Origin: Chiloscyllium plagiosum
Taxonomy: Eukaryota
Assembly (NCBI RefSeq): GCF_004010195.1
Contig: NC_057718.1
Location: forward strand, 49,625,239-49,689,238
Length of the DNA stretch: 64,000 nt
Reading direction: 5' to 3'
This document shows positions 53,560-64,000 of the stretch, one piece after another; position 1 is the stretch's first letter; each line of letters starts with the position of its first letter. The notes under the pieces were generated by a model. The model saw only the letters and a program-made list of their open reading frames with translations, did no database searches and was not told the origin of the DNA. The position numbers and the translations under genes were made by a program.

Positions 53560-54100
53560 TTTTGATGAAGTTCTATAAGTTTTTGACAATGAGACAAGTG
53601 AAATTCTTAAATTGTAAGGAATTCATAGATAATTTCATTGATGATCTCTGCAGATTAGTGAAACACTAAGACAATGAAGCTTTGGAATCAGAATGCATAA
53701 ATGACAAAATTGTTCCTGGAATTACTGATGAGACTTTGTCAAATTTACCAGAGTCCAAAAAAGGATTTTACTTTGACAAAAGTATTCAAATTGTGCAGAA
53801 AGCAGAAATTGTGAAGAAGTTTAGAGAAATGGTGAGAGAATAAAGGTAACCCTATCATGGCTGAGCAACAGATTCCATTCAGTTTGTAACATATAAAATC
53901 ATAATGACGTGTGTAACAAGTCAACACAAAGACTAGGTCAAACAGCAGATACTGAGTATCAGTATTTGTATTGTGGAAATCAAACACATAAACAGTATCT
54001 AGCTATTAAAAAAGAATTCTATATCTGTTAACCCATCAGCCTTCTTAAAATTACATGTAAATGTAGGTCAGAGTTACAAATTAGCAAAGAGTCAAATGGC
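53560..54100 (+). mobile_element. Gypsy gag remnant related to 1000-1450
   Basis: gaagttctataagtttttgacaat, gatgatctctgcagatta, gaagctttggaatcagaa and gattttactttg parallel the gag at 1105-1355. Confidence 0.7.
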
Positions 54101-54119
54101 CAATTGTATGAAGATATTA

Positions 54120-54350
54120 ATTATAGAGCCATACAGATGTACAGCATGGAAACAGACCCTTCGGTCCAACCAGTCCATGCCAACCAATATCCCAACCCAA
54201 TCTAGACCCACCTGCCAGCACCCGGCCCATATCCCTCCAAACCCTTCCTGTTCATATACCCATCCAAATGCCTCTTAAATGTTGCAATTGTACCAGCCTC
54301 CACCACTTCCTCTGGCAGCTCATTCCATACACATACCATTCTCTGCGTGA
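54120..54350 (-). mobile_element. CR1 3' fragment
   Basis: atgtacagcatggaaacagacccttcggtcc...ggcagctcattccatac. Confidence 0.85.
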
Positions 54351-54369
54351 ATTCTTTTACAAAAACTAT

Positions 54370-55490
54370 GGAATTTAATTTGGGTAAGTATGAGGTGCTG
54401 AACTTTGGGAGATCACGGTGGGCGGCACGGTGGCACAGTGGTTAGCACTGCTGCCTCACAGTGCCAGAGACCTGGGTTCAATTCCCGCCTCAGGCAACTG
54501 ACTGTGTGGAGTTTGCACATTCTCCCCGTGTCTGCATGGGTTTCCTCCAGGTGCTCCGGTTTCCTCCCACAATCCAAAAAAGTGCAGGTCAGGTGAATTG
54601 GCCATTCTAAATTGGTAGTGTTAGGTGTAGGGGAATGGGTCTGGGTGGGTTGCAGGTCGGTGTGGATTTGTTGGGCCGAAGGGCCTGTTTCCACACTGTA
54701 AGTAATTTAATTAAATGTTAAGGAAAACTATATAGTTAATGGCAGGACCCTGAACAGCATTGATGTACAGAGAGGGTTCAAGTCCATAGATCCCTGAAAG
54801 TAGCCACTCAAGTAGATAGGGTGATAAAGAAGGCATTTGGTATGTTTGCCTTTATTGGTCATGGAATTGAGTACAAGAGTCAGGATGTTGTTTTGCAGCT
54901 TGATAAGACTTTGGTTAGGCCACACTTAGAGTCATAGAGGTGTATAGCACAGAAACAAACCTTCGGTCTAACTCGTCTGTAGAGTATTTCCGTTCAATTC
55001 TGGTTACCACATTACTGGAAGAGGGTGCAGAAGAGATTCACCAGGATGCTACCTGGACTAGAGGCTATGAGCTATAAGGAAAGGCTAGGAAAACTCAGGT
55101 TGTTTTCTGTTGAATGGTGAAGGCTAAGGGGAGACTTGGTAGAAGTTTATAAAATTATGAAGTGCATTGACAAGTTTGACAGTCAGAATCTTCTTTCCAG
55201 AGTTGAAATGTCTAATACTACCAGGGATGCATCTAAGGTCAGTGGGGAAAATTCAAAGAAGATATTTAGGGCAAGTCTTTCACACAGAGTGCTAGGAGTG
55301 TAGAACACGCTGCCAGGAGTGGTGATGGAGGCAGGTACAATAGGGGCTTTTAGATAAGCACATGAATGTGCAAGGAATAAAGGGATATGGACCACAGGCA
55401 GGCAGAAGGGATTCGTTTAATTTGGCGTCATGTTTGGCACAGCAACGTAGGTCAAAGGGCCCATTCCTGTGCTGTTCTATGTTCTATTTT
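54370..55490 (+). mobile_element. CR1 3' portion with a nested HE1 SINE (54417-54712, plus)
   Basis: CR1 RT-downstream sequence and tail tgttctatgttcta; HE1 A and B boxes at ~54430-54486. Confidence 0.85.
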
Positions 55491-55549
55491 CTAACTAGCA
55501 TTAGGAAAGATATTCAATGAATTGAATAAACCGGTGATACAACCCAAAA

Positions 55550-55900
55550 GGAGAGGTAATGACCTAATGGTATTATCACTGGACTCTTAATCCAGAGACC
55601 CAGGGAATGTTCTGCGGACCTGGGTTTGAATCCTCTCATGACAGATGGTGAAACTTGAATTCAATAGAAGTCTGGAATTAAGGGTGTAATGATGACTGTG
55701 ATCAATTGTCAAGAAAATCCTGACTGGTTCACTGATGTTGCTTCAGGAATGAGACTGCTGTCCTTACTCGGTCTGGCCTACATGTGACTCCAGACCAACA
55801 GCAATGTGATTAGTTCTTAACCACCCTGGAGGCAATTAGGGATGGACAATAAATGTTGGCCTCAACAGAAACACCCACATTCCATGATTTAATAAATAAA
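55550..55900 (+). mobile_element. tRNA-derived SINE with L2-type 3' tail
   Basis: A-box-like tgacctaatggt, B-box-like gggtttgaatcc, tail gcaattagggatggacaataaatg. Confidence 0.75.
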
Positions 55901-56279
55901 GAGCCTGTTTACCTAAATGGACATCTTACTAAATTCAAGTCTGAGATAGAGTGAGTGTAACTGTCTTATAATATCATTTGTTATGGTTGAATAAACAAAA
56001 ATTACAGCCTAAGAGATGAAACTATGTAGACAAGCTGGAACTACTTTCAAGATTAGAAGTATGCTACAAGCATCACTGCAGCACAAAAGACGTAAGATAA
56101 CAGAGAATGTGTAAGTAATTCGTAAGCAAGAAAGCTCCATTATAATTCTTGAGCATGCACACATTTGACATCAATATTCTTAAAATAGCCTAAGTTAATA
56201 TTGTATTCAAGTTTTATACTTGCTCAGTATTCTTGGCTCTACCTGAGGTTTATTTATCATAATATGCCATTCTGTGCAA

Positions 56280-58270
56280 CTGAAACATGTAGATCCTGAA
56301 GATCCTGCACAGAAAATTCTGAGAAAATCAGCAGGTCGAGCAGCATTGGTGGAGAAAGAAACACAGTTAATAGTTCAAGTCCAGTATGACTCTTCTTCAG
56401 ATCCCATACAAGGATGGCCTTCAGGCCCTCAGCTTCTTCCTCTCCAACAGACACATCCAGTTCCTCTCCGCCAATACCCGACTCTGCCAGACCGTACTGC
56501 TCCTCACCCTTAATAACTTCTCCTTTAACTCCTCTCATTTCCTCCAAATCCAAGGGGGTGACCATGGGCACTTGGATAGGCCTCAGCTACGCCTGCCTCT
56601 TTGTCAGCTATGTCGAACAGTCCCTCTTCAGTACCGACACGGGCACTGTGACCCAACTCTTCCTCCGTTACATTGATGACTGCATTGGTGCTATATCCTG
56701 CATCCAGGCTGAACTGGAGCAGTTCATCGACTTCACCCACAACTTCCACCCCACTCTCAAATTCACTTGGTCCATCTTGGAAACCTCCCTCCCCTTTCTT
56801 GACCTCTCAATTTCCATCTCCGGTGACAGTCTCTAGATGGACATTTGCAATAAACCCACAGACTCTCACAACTACCTGTACTACACCTCCTTCCACCCAG
56901 TATCCTGCAAGAATTCCATCCCGTTTTCCCAATTTCTCCACCTCTGCCGCATTTGCTTGGACAAGGAGACATTTCACTCCCAAGTATCCCAGATGTCCAT
57001 TTGTTTCAAACAACATGCTTTTCCTCCGTCATTTCAGACAGCCCTAAACTGCACCTCCTCCATTTCCTGTTCCACTGCTCTAACACCCCCCTCCAAATGC
57101 ATTAAAGACAGAGTTCTCCTTGTCCTCATCCACCACTCCAACAGTCTCTGCATCCAACACATCATCCTTAAAAATTTCCATTAGAACCAGCCGTCAAGAA
57201 CTTAGTCCCCTCCCACCCCTCTTTGCCTTTCGCAAGGACCATTCCCTTCACCAATCCTTGGTTCACACCAAGGGGGCACAGTGGCTCAGTGGTTAGCACC
57301 GCTGCCTCACAGCACCAGGGACCCTGGTTTGATTCCAGCCTCAGGCGACTAGCTGTGTGGAGTTTGCACATTCTCCCCGTGTCTGCGTGGGTTTCTTCTG
57401 GGAGCTCCAGTTTCCTCCCACAATCTAAAGATGTGCAGGTCAGGTGAATTGGCCGTGCTAATTTGCCCATAGTGTTAGGTCCATTAGTCAGGGATACATA
57501 TAGGGTAGGTGAATGGGTCTGGATGGGTTACTCTGCGAACGGTCAGTGTGGACTTGTTGGGATTAAGGGCCGGTTTCCATACTGTAGGGAATCTAATCTA
57601 TTTATCTATTCAGCCACTGTCCCCACAAACTTCCCTGAACCCCAGGTACCTTCTCATGAAACTGTAAAAGGTGTAAACTTGCTGGCACACCACACCCTTC
57701 ACATCCATCCAGGGCCCCAAACAGTTCTTTCAGGTGATCGGTGAACTAAGGGCACATTTCACCGAGCATCTCAGCCAGGCCCGCAGGGGCCGACCAGGTC
57801 TCTGAGTAACCGCCCATTTTAAGTCCTCTTCCCACTCCCTTTCTGACGTGACCATCCTCGGTCTCCTCCATTGCCACAACGAACCACATCACAAATCAGA
57901 GGAACAACACTTCATCTCTCTGGGCAGCCTACAGCCCAGAGGATTCAACATTGAGTTCTCCAATTTCAAATAACCTTCCTCCCCATCCCCTGACTCCCTT
58001 CCCAGCCCCTCCTCCTCCCTTCCATTCCCCTGACTGACCCTTCCTTCCAGCTATTAACTGGATTAATTCCTTCCATTGACCAACGAGGTTGTACCCTCTA
58101 CCTGTGTTCATCTATCCCTACCTCCTCACCTTGATCCCCCACCCTCGTTATCTGTGGCTCCTCTTACACCCAACCCTAGTCCTGAAGAAGGGTACACCGT
58201 TCTCCACCTCTTGATGCTGTCTGGATTGCTATGTCCTTCTAGCCCCCTGCTTGTCTGCCTCTTCTTCAGA
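56280..58270 (+). mobile_element. 5'-truncated Penelope-like element (RT plus GIY-YIG plus pLTR) preceded by an inverted pLTR piece; nested HE1 SINE at 57274-57600
   Basis: ORF 56414 GVTMGT..LSYACLF..LFLRYIDDC..FHPTLKFT..LPFLD; ORF 56837 KPTDSHNYL..SFHP..KNSIPFSQFL; C-terminus EEQH..SLQPRGFNIEFSNFK* at ~57972; minus-strand pLTR piece at 56280-56400. Confidence 0.92.
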
Positions 58271-58279
58271 TTTTGCCAG

Positions 58280-61200
58280 AACAAAAAACAAAGAAAATTT
58301 ACAGCCAAGGAACAGGCTCTTTGGCCCTCCAAGCCTGTGCTGATCCAAATCCACTGTCTAAACCTATCGCACAATTCCTAAGCATCTGTGTCCCTCTGCT
58401 GTCCACCTACTCATGCATCAGTCCAGATGCACCTTAAATGAATCTACTGTGCTTGCTTCTACTACCTCTGCTGGCACCACATTCCAGGCACCTACCACCC
58501 TCTGTGTAAAGTACTTGCCGTGCATATCTCCCTTAAACTTTTCAACTCTCACCTTGAGTGCATGACTTCTCATTATTGAATCCCTCACCGTGGGAAAAAG
58601 CTTATCTCTATCTACCCTGTCTATACCCTTCATGATTTTGTAGACCTCAATCAAGACCCCCTCAATCTCCTTTTTTCTAATGAAAACAATCCTAACCTAC
58701 TTAACCTCTCTTCATAGCTAGCACCTTCCACACCAGGCCACGTCTTTGTAAACCTTCACTGCACCCACTCCAAAGCGTCCACATCCTTTTGGTAATGTGG
58801 CAACCAGTTCTGTACACAGTATTCTAAATGTGGCCAAACCAAAGTTCAATCTTGTACAATTCTAACATGACCTGCAAGCTCTTATACTCAATACCCTGTC
58901 CGATGAAGGCAAACATTCCATATGCTTTCTTCTATCCACCTGTGCAGCCAGCATCAGCGTTCAATGGACCTGATCTCTCAGATCTCTCTGTTCATCAGCT
59001 CTTCCCAAGGCTCTTCCATTTACAGTATAATTCCCTCTAGAATCAGACTTCCCAAAATGCATCACCTCACATTTGCCTGGATTGAAATCCATCTGCCATG
59101 TCTCCACCCAACTCTCCAGTCTATCTATATTCTCCTGTATTCTTTGACAGTCCCCTATGCTTTCTGCTACTCCGCAAATGTGTCATTTTCAAATGTATTG
59201 ATCAGACCAGCAATGTCCTCTTTCAGATCACTTATGTATATTATAAACAGCAGTGGCCCCAGCACTGATCCCTGTGGAACACCACAGGTCACCTTTCTCC
59301 ATTTTGAGAAACTCCCTTCAACTAATACTCTCTGTCTTTTGTTGCTCAACCAGTTCTTTATCCACCTAGCTAGAACATCCTGCACACCATGTGACTTCAC
59401 TTTCTCCATTAGTTTACTATGGGGAACCTTATCAAATGCCTTGCTAAGTCCATGTATATGACATCTACAGCCCTTCCTTCATCTATCAACTTGGTCACTT
59501 CCTCAAAGAACTCTACTACATTGGTAAGGTACGATCTACCCTGCACAAAACCATGTTGCCTATCACTGATAAGGCCATTCATTTCCAAATGTAAATAGAT
59601 TTTATCCCTCAGTACCTTCTTCAGCAACTTTCCTACCACTGACGTCAGGCTCACCGGTCTGTAGTTACCTGGAATATCCCTACTATCCTTATTGTACAGG
59701 GGGACAACATGAGCAACCTCCAGTCCTCCGGCACCTCACTTGTGTTTAAGGATGCTACAAAGATATCTGTCAGGGCCCCAGCTATTTTCTCTCTCACCTC
59801 CCTCAGCAACCTGGGATAGATCCCATCCGGTCCTGGGGATTTGTCTACCTAACACTCCTTTAGCGTACCCAACATATCTTCCCTCCTAATGTCAACATGA
59901 TCCAGAGTAAACAAATTTCTATCTCTCATCTCAGCATTCATCACCTCTCGTTCCTCAGTGAACACTGATGCAAAGTAATCATTGAGAATCTCACCATTTT
60001 CCCAGATTTGACACACAATCTTCCTTCCTTATCCTTTAGTGGACCAACCCTTTCTCTGGTTACCCTCTTGCTTCTTATATAAGAGTAAAAGGCCTTGGGA
60101 TTCTCCTTAATTCTGCTCGCTAATGTTATTTCATGACCCCTTTTAGCCCGCTTAGTTTCTCGTTTAAGATTGGTCCTACTCTCCTGATATCCCTCCAAAG
60201 CTCGATCTGTTCTTAGCTGCCTGGACCTTATGTACGCTTCCCTTTTCCTCTTGGCTAGTTGCATGATTTCTCCTGTCATCCACAGTTCACGAATTTTGCC
60301 TTTCCTATCCCTTGTTTTCAAAGGGGCATGCCTATCCTGCACTATCTTCAACCTATCTTTGAAAGCCTCCCCCACATATCAGATGTGGGACTTCCCTTCA
60401 AATAGCTGTGTCCAATCCACATTTCCCAACTCCTGCCTAATTTTGAGATAATTGACCTTGGCTTAGTTTAGTACTCGTCCCTTAGGACCACACTTATCTT
60501 TTTCTACGAGTATTCTAAAGCTTACAGAATTGTGGTCACTATTCCCAAAGAAATCCCCCACTGCAAATTCTATCACCTGGCCTGGCTCATTCCCCAACAC
60601 CAGGTCCAATATAGCTCCTTCCCTTGTCGGACTATTGATATACTGCTCTTGAAAATGTTCCTGGATGCTCCTTACAAATTCTGTCCAATCCAGATCTCTG
60701 ATACTAAGTGTATCCAGTCAATGTTAGGAAAATTAAAATCTCCCATCATCACCACTCTGTTGCCTTTACATTTTTCCCTAATCTGTTGACCTATTTGTTC
60801 TTCTACCTCACGCTCACTGTTGGGAGGCCTGTAATACAGCCCCAACAGTGTAACTGCACCCTTCTTATTTCTCAGCTCCACCCATAATGCCTCACTACCC
60901 AAGACCTCCATAGTGTGCTCCTTTAGCACAGCCGTGATATCATCCCTGACCAGCAATGCAACTCCTCCTGCCCCCCCCCCCCCCGCCTTTTTTTACTCCT
61001 CCCTGTCCTGTCTGAAGCATCTATATCCTGGAACATTTCGTTGCCAATCATGTTTTTCCTTCAACCAAGTCTCTGTGATTGCAATAATGTCATACTCCCA
61101 GGCACCAGTCCATGTCCTAAGTTCATCTGCCTTACCCACTATACTCCTTGCATTAAAGTATATGCACTTCATGCCGCCAGTTCTTTTGTGTTCATCTACT

Positions 61201-61560
61201 CTCTGCCTACTCTTCCCCTTGGTAATGCTAACTTCATGATCCTTACAGTCTCCAGTCTCCACCTCACTGTCTAGTTGTCTTCTTTTCTGGTTCCCAGCCT
61301 CCTGCTACATATGTTTAAATCTTCCCCAACAGCAGTAGCAAAAGCTCCCCCCAAGGACATTAGTTCCATGCTGGTTCAGGTGTAGACCGTCCAATTTGTA
61401 GTAGTCCCACCTTCCCTAGATCCAGTCCCAATGTCCCACAAATCTGAACCCCTCCCTCCTACACCAACCCTCAAGCCATGTGTTCATCCTACTTATTCTT
61501 TCATTCCTACCCCAGCTAGCTTGTGGCACTGCTAGCAATCCTGAGATCACTCCTTTTGAG
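58280..61560 (-). mobile_element. CR1 LINE (part of ORF1 to the 3' end), same subfamily as 40075-44230
   Basis: ORFs 60993, 60672, 59941, 59409, 59167 and 58418 (YFNARSI, LYYRPPN, GDFNFP, QHGF..GRS, GVPQGSVLGP); 3' ends match. Confidence 0.95.
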
Positions 61561-62337
61561 GTTCTTCTGCTGCTGAAAATCATCAGCATTTTGTGCATCT
61601 GTTTAAGATTTCCTAAATCCGCAGTATTTTGCTTTTTTTTAAAGGGAAGATTGTACATTTAGTCATTGCTTCTTTAACTGGGATGATGGTGGATCATTTT
61701 ATTCTCTATTACACTCCAAAGCAAGAAGACTTTTCTCCAGCATCTTGACTATCTTTCACATCCATCAGTTGTCTCATCTGTGTAATTTCGAAGCATTATA
61801 TATTTCAGATGACAAACTCAAGGTTGCAAGCTGTGCACATTCAACACATTGCACAAATGAACCTTAACTTTTGCCTAGGTTTCATTTTGCTTTCTACACT
61901 TGCCCTGAATGCTTGAATGGCTGGCTGATATACAGACTGGAAAGAACATTTGTCAGCCTGCCTGCCAGACTGTATGGGTCTGCATTAGTTACTGGCTTTA
62001 AAATCCCTTTAGTGGCTGTAAAGCCTGAAAATTAGGAATTACTTCATATCTCATTGTTTATCAAACAAATATTTCAGTGCTGATCACAATGTCATGCTGC
62101 CAAGTAAATATTTTTTCCTATCCCGTTGGTATACTATATAAAATTATGTTTATTCATGCTTCTGCTATGGTGTAATCTAAGAACAATTAAATGAAAATAA
62201 ATCAGCAGAAGTTTTCATGATTTTATTTGACAGGAGAATTCATTTCCAGCTTGAAAACTTCAGTGTCCACTCATACCAAGTATCTCCAACAATTAAGTTG
62301 CTTGTAGTAAGGTCCCACAAAGAGCAGATTTATAACC

Positions 62338-62427
62338 AATGCAAAAATAGTTGGAGAAACTCAGCAGTACCTGTGAAGAGAAAGCAGAGTCAATGTTTTG
62401 GCCCATTGACCCTCCTTCAGAACTGAA
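62338..62427 (-). mobile_element. Penelope pLTR-derived short insert with 10-bp TSD
   Basis: atttataacc at 62328-62337 and 62428-62437; minus strand starts ttcagttctgaagg. Confidence 0.8.
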
Positions 62428-62489
62428 ATTTATAACCTGTGAATCTGTGTTGGTGGGGTCGGCTGAGGGCAACCTACATACAGTACCAT

Positions 62490-63310
62490 GCATCCTGTTT
62501 ACAACAACAGCTTGCAGTTTTATCGGACTTTCAATGTACATCAAGATGTTATTAACAAAATTTAACACCAAATCACATAAGGAATTATAAGGGCAGATGA
62601 CCAAAATACTTGGTTTATGAGATAGATTTTCAGAAGAGAAAAAGGGGAAAAGACAGGCAAATTGAATTCGGGATAGAATCCTGGAGCTCAATTGAAGACG
62701 CAACCACCAATAGTGGAACACTTCAACTTGGGATTGTTCGTGAGGCCAGAACTAAAGGAGTGTAGCTATATTAGAGGATCATGTGGCTGATAGAAGTTAT
62801 AAAGTTAAGGATAAGGAACATCATGAAGGGATTTGAAAACAAAGGTGAGAGTTTTAATATTTGGGGGATTGCTTTATGGGAAGTCACTCATGATCCTGAA
62901 GCCAACTGTGCTCACTGTGAACGGTATAGCAACATAACTTACATCACAAAATGTAGACATTCAACATGATTTGTATCGTAAACACAGGGGTGATAAGTGA
63001 ATAGAATTTGGTGAGAATTAGGAGATAGGCACTGGTTAATGAAGAGGAGAATGTGGTCAGGCTGCCAAAATGACAGATTGTTTTAGAGATAACAAAGGCA
63101 TGAATGAGGACTACAACAGTCGATGAGCTGAGGCAGAGGAAGAGTTCAGTGACATAAGAGAAGAGGAACTAGGTGGTCTAAGTGATGCAGTGTTTATTTG
63201 GTTGAAAGTTCATCTCAGGTTTAAATATGACACTACATTTACGATGAGTTGCGGACAGTTGCTGAGGAGAGGGGTCTAATTAATGGCCAAAGAATTGAGT
63301 AGTTGTCATA
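62490..63310 (-). mobile_element. Old L2-type LINE remnant
   Basis: acaacaacagcttgcagtttt...catcaagatgtt 3' end followed by a purine-rich L2-like body. Confidence 0.55.
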
Positions 63311-63689
63311 TTCAAGAGGTTATCAAAGTTGCAAAATCTTTCAATGAGTGGATGGATGGGAGAGCGAGAGGGTGACTGGGTGGCTGAGTGGTGTGCAGAT
63401 GAGTGGGTGGGTAGTTGAGTCAGTGTAGTTATTTGGTCAGTTGGAAGATGGACAGGTCATGTTGGAGTGGGGTAGTTGGTTTGTGCCAAGTCAAGGGTAC
63501 AGTTGGGTCAGAAAGTATTGGGGTCAGATTGGTGGGCAGTTCATCCAGGGTGGCAGCTGAATCAGTGAGTGATACAGTCGGAGGGTGTGGGGTTTCTAGG
63601 TTGGGTTATGTCAGGGGATGGTGTAATTGTGTTGAAGTAATCTTGTCAAAGGGCTGGTACCTGTCTTTTTTTAAAATTCCCACACGGAA

Positions 63690-64000
63690 TGCTGGCATCA
63701 CCAGCTCACCTCCCCCACCCCGGGGAAAAAACCTTGTGTATTCACCCTATCCATGCCCCTCATGATTTTATAAACCTTTAGAAGGTCGCCCCTCAGACTG
63801 CGATACTCCAGGGAAAATAGCCACAGCCTATTCAGCATCTTCCTGTAGCTCAAACCATCCAATCCTGGCAACATCCCTGTAAATCTCTTCTAAACCTTTT
63901 CAATTTTCATAACATCCTTTCTCTAGCAGGGAGATCGGAATTGCACACAAAAGTGGCCTATCCAATGTTCTGTACAGCTGCAACATGACCTCCCAACTCC
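63690..64000 (-). mobile_element. CR1 fragment running off the window end
   Basis: catgattttataaacc..gaaggtcgcccctcag...ctgtacagctgcaacatgacctccca. Confidence 0.85.

Noticed and set aside
1..64000. CRISPR arrays, operons or other prokaryotic systems
   Set aside because: No regularly spaced repeats or gene-dense regions; the content is vertebrate repeat DNA.

Overview
This is eukaryotic, repeat-dominated, apparently intronic or intergenic DNA. The repeat content (HE1-type V-SINEs, CR1/HER1-type LINEs, a DeuSINE) points to a cartilaginous fish; a carpet or bamboo shark is an inference. I found no convincing host protein-coding exon. Every recognisable ORF is a decayed transposon fragment: CR1 ORF1 (zinc finger plus SGNH esterase) and ORF2 (APE/RT), L2-type RT, Gypsy gag/PR/RT/RH/IN, Penelope RT/GIY-YIG, and PIF/Harbinger transposase and Myb-like protein. 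The window also has solo LTRs, Tc1/mariner-type MITEs, microsatellites and a 500-N assembly gap. The most interesting signals are: (i) about ten Penelope-derived minimal hammerhead-ribozyme cassettes whose boundaries fall at, or a few nt upstream of, the CUGANGA core, several with target-site duplications; (ii) two young local copies of pieces of old Gypsy elements, one 124-bp direct and one ~225-bp inverted; (iii) a candidate recursive splice site; and (iv) a candidate posterior-Hox/Pbx enhancer. Boundaries of old elements are approximate (tens of bp). Family names come from recognising motifs, not from a database search.
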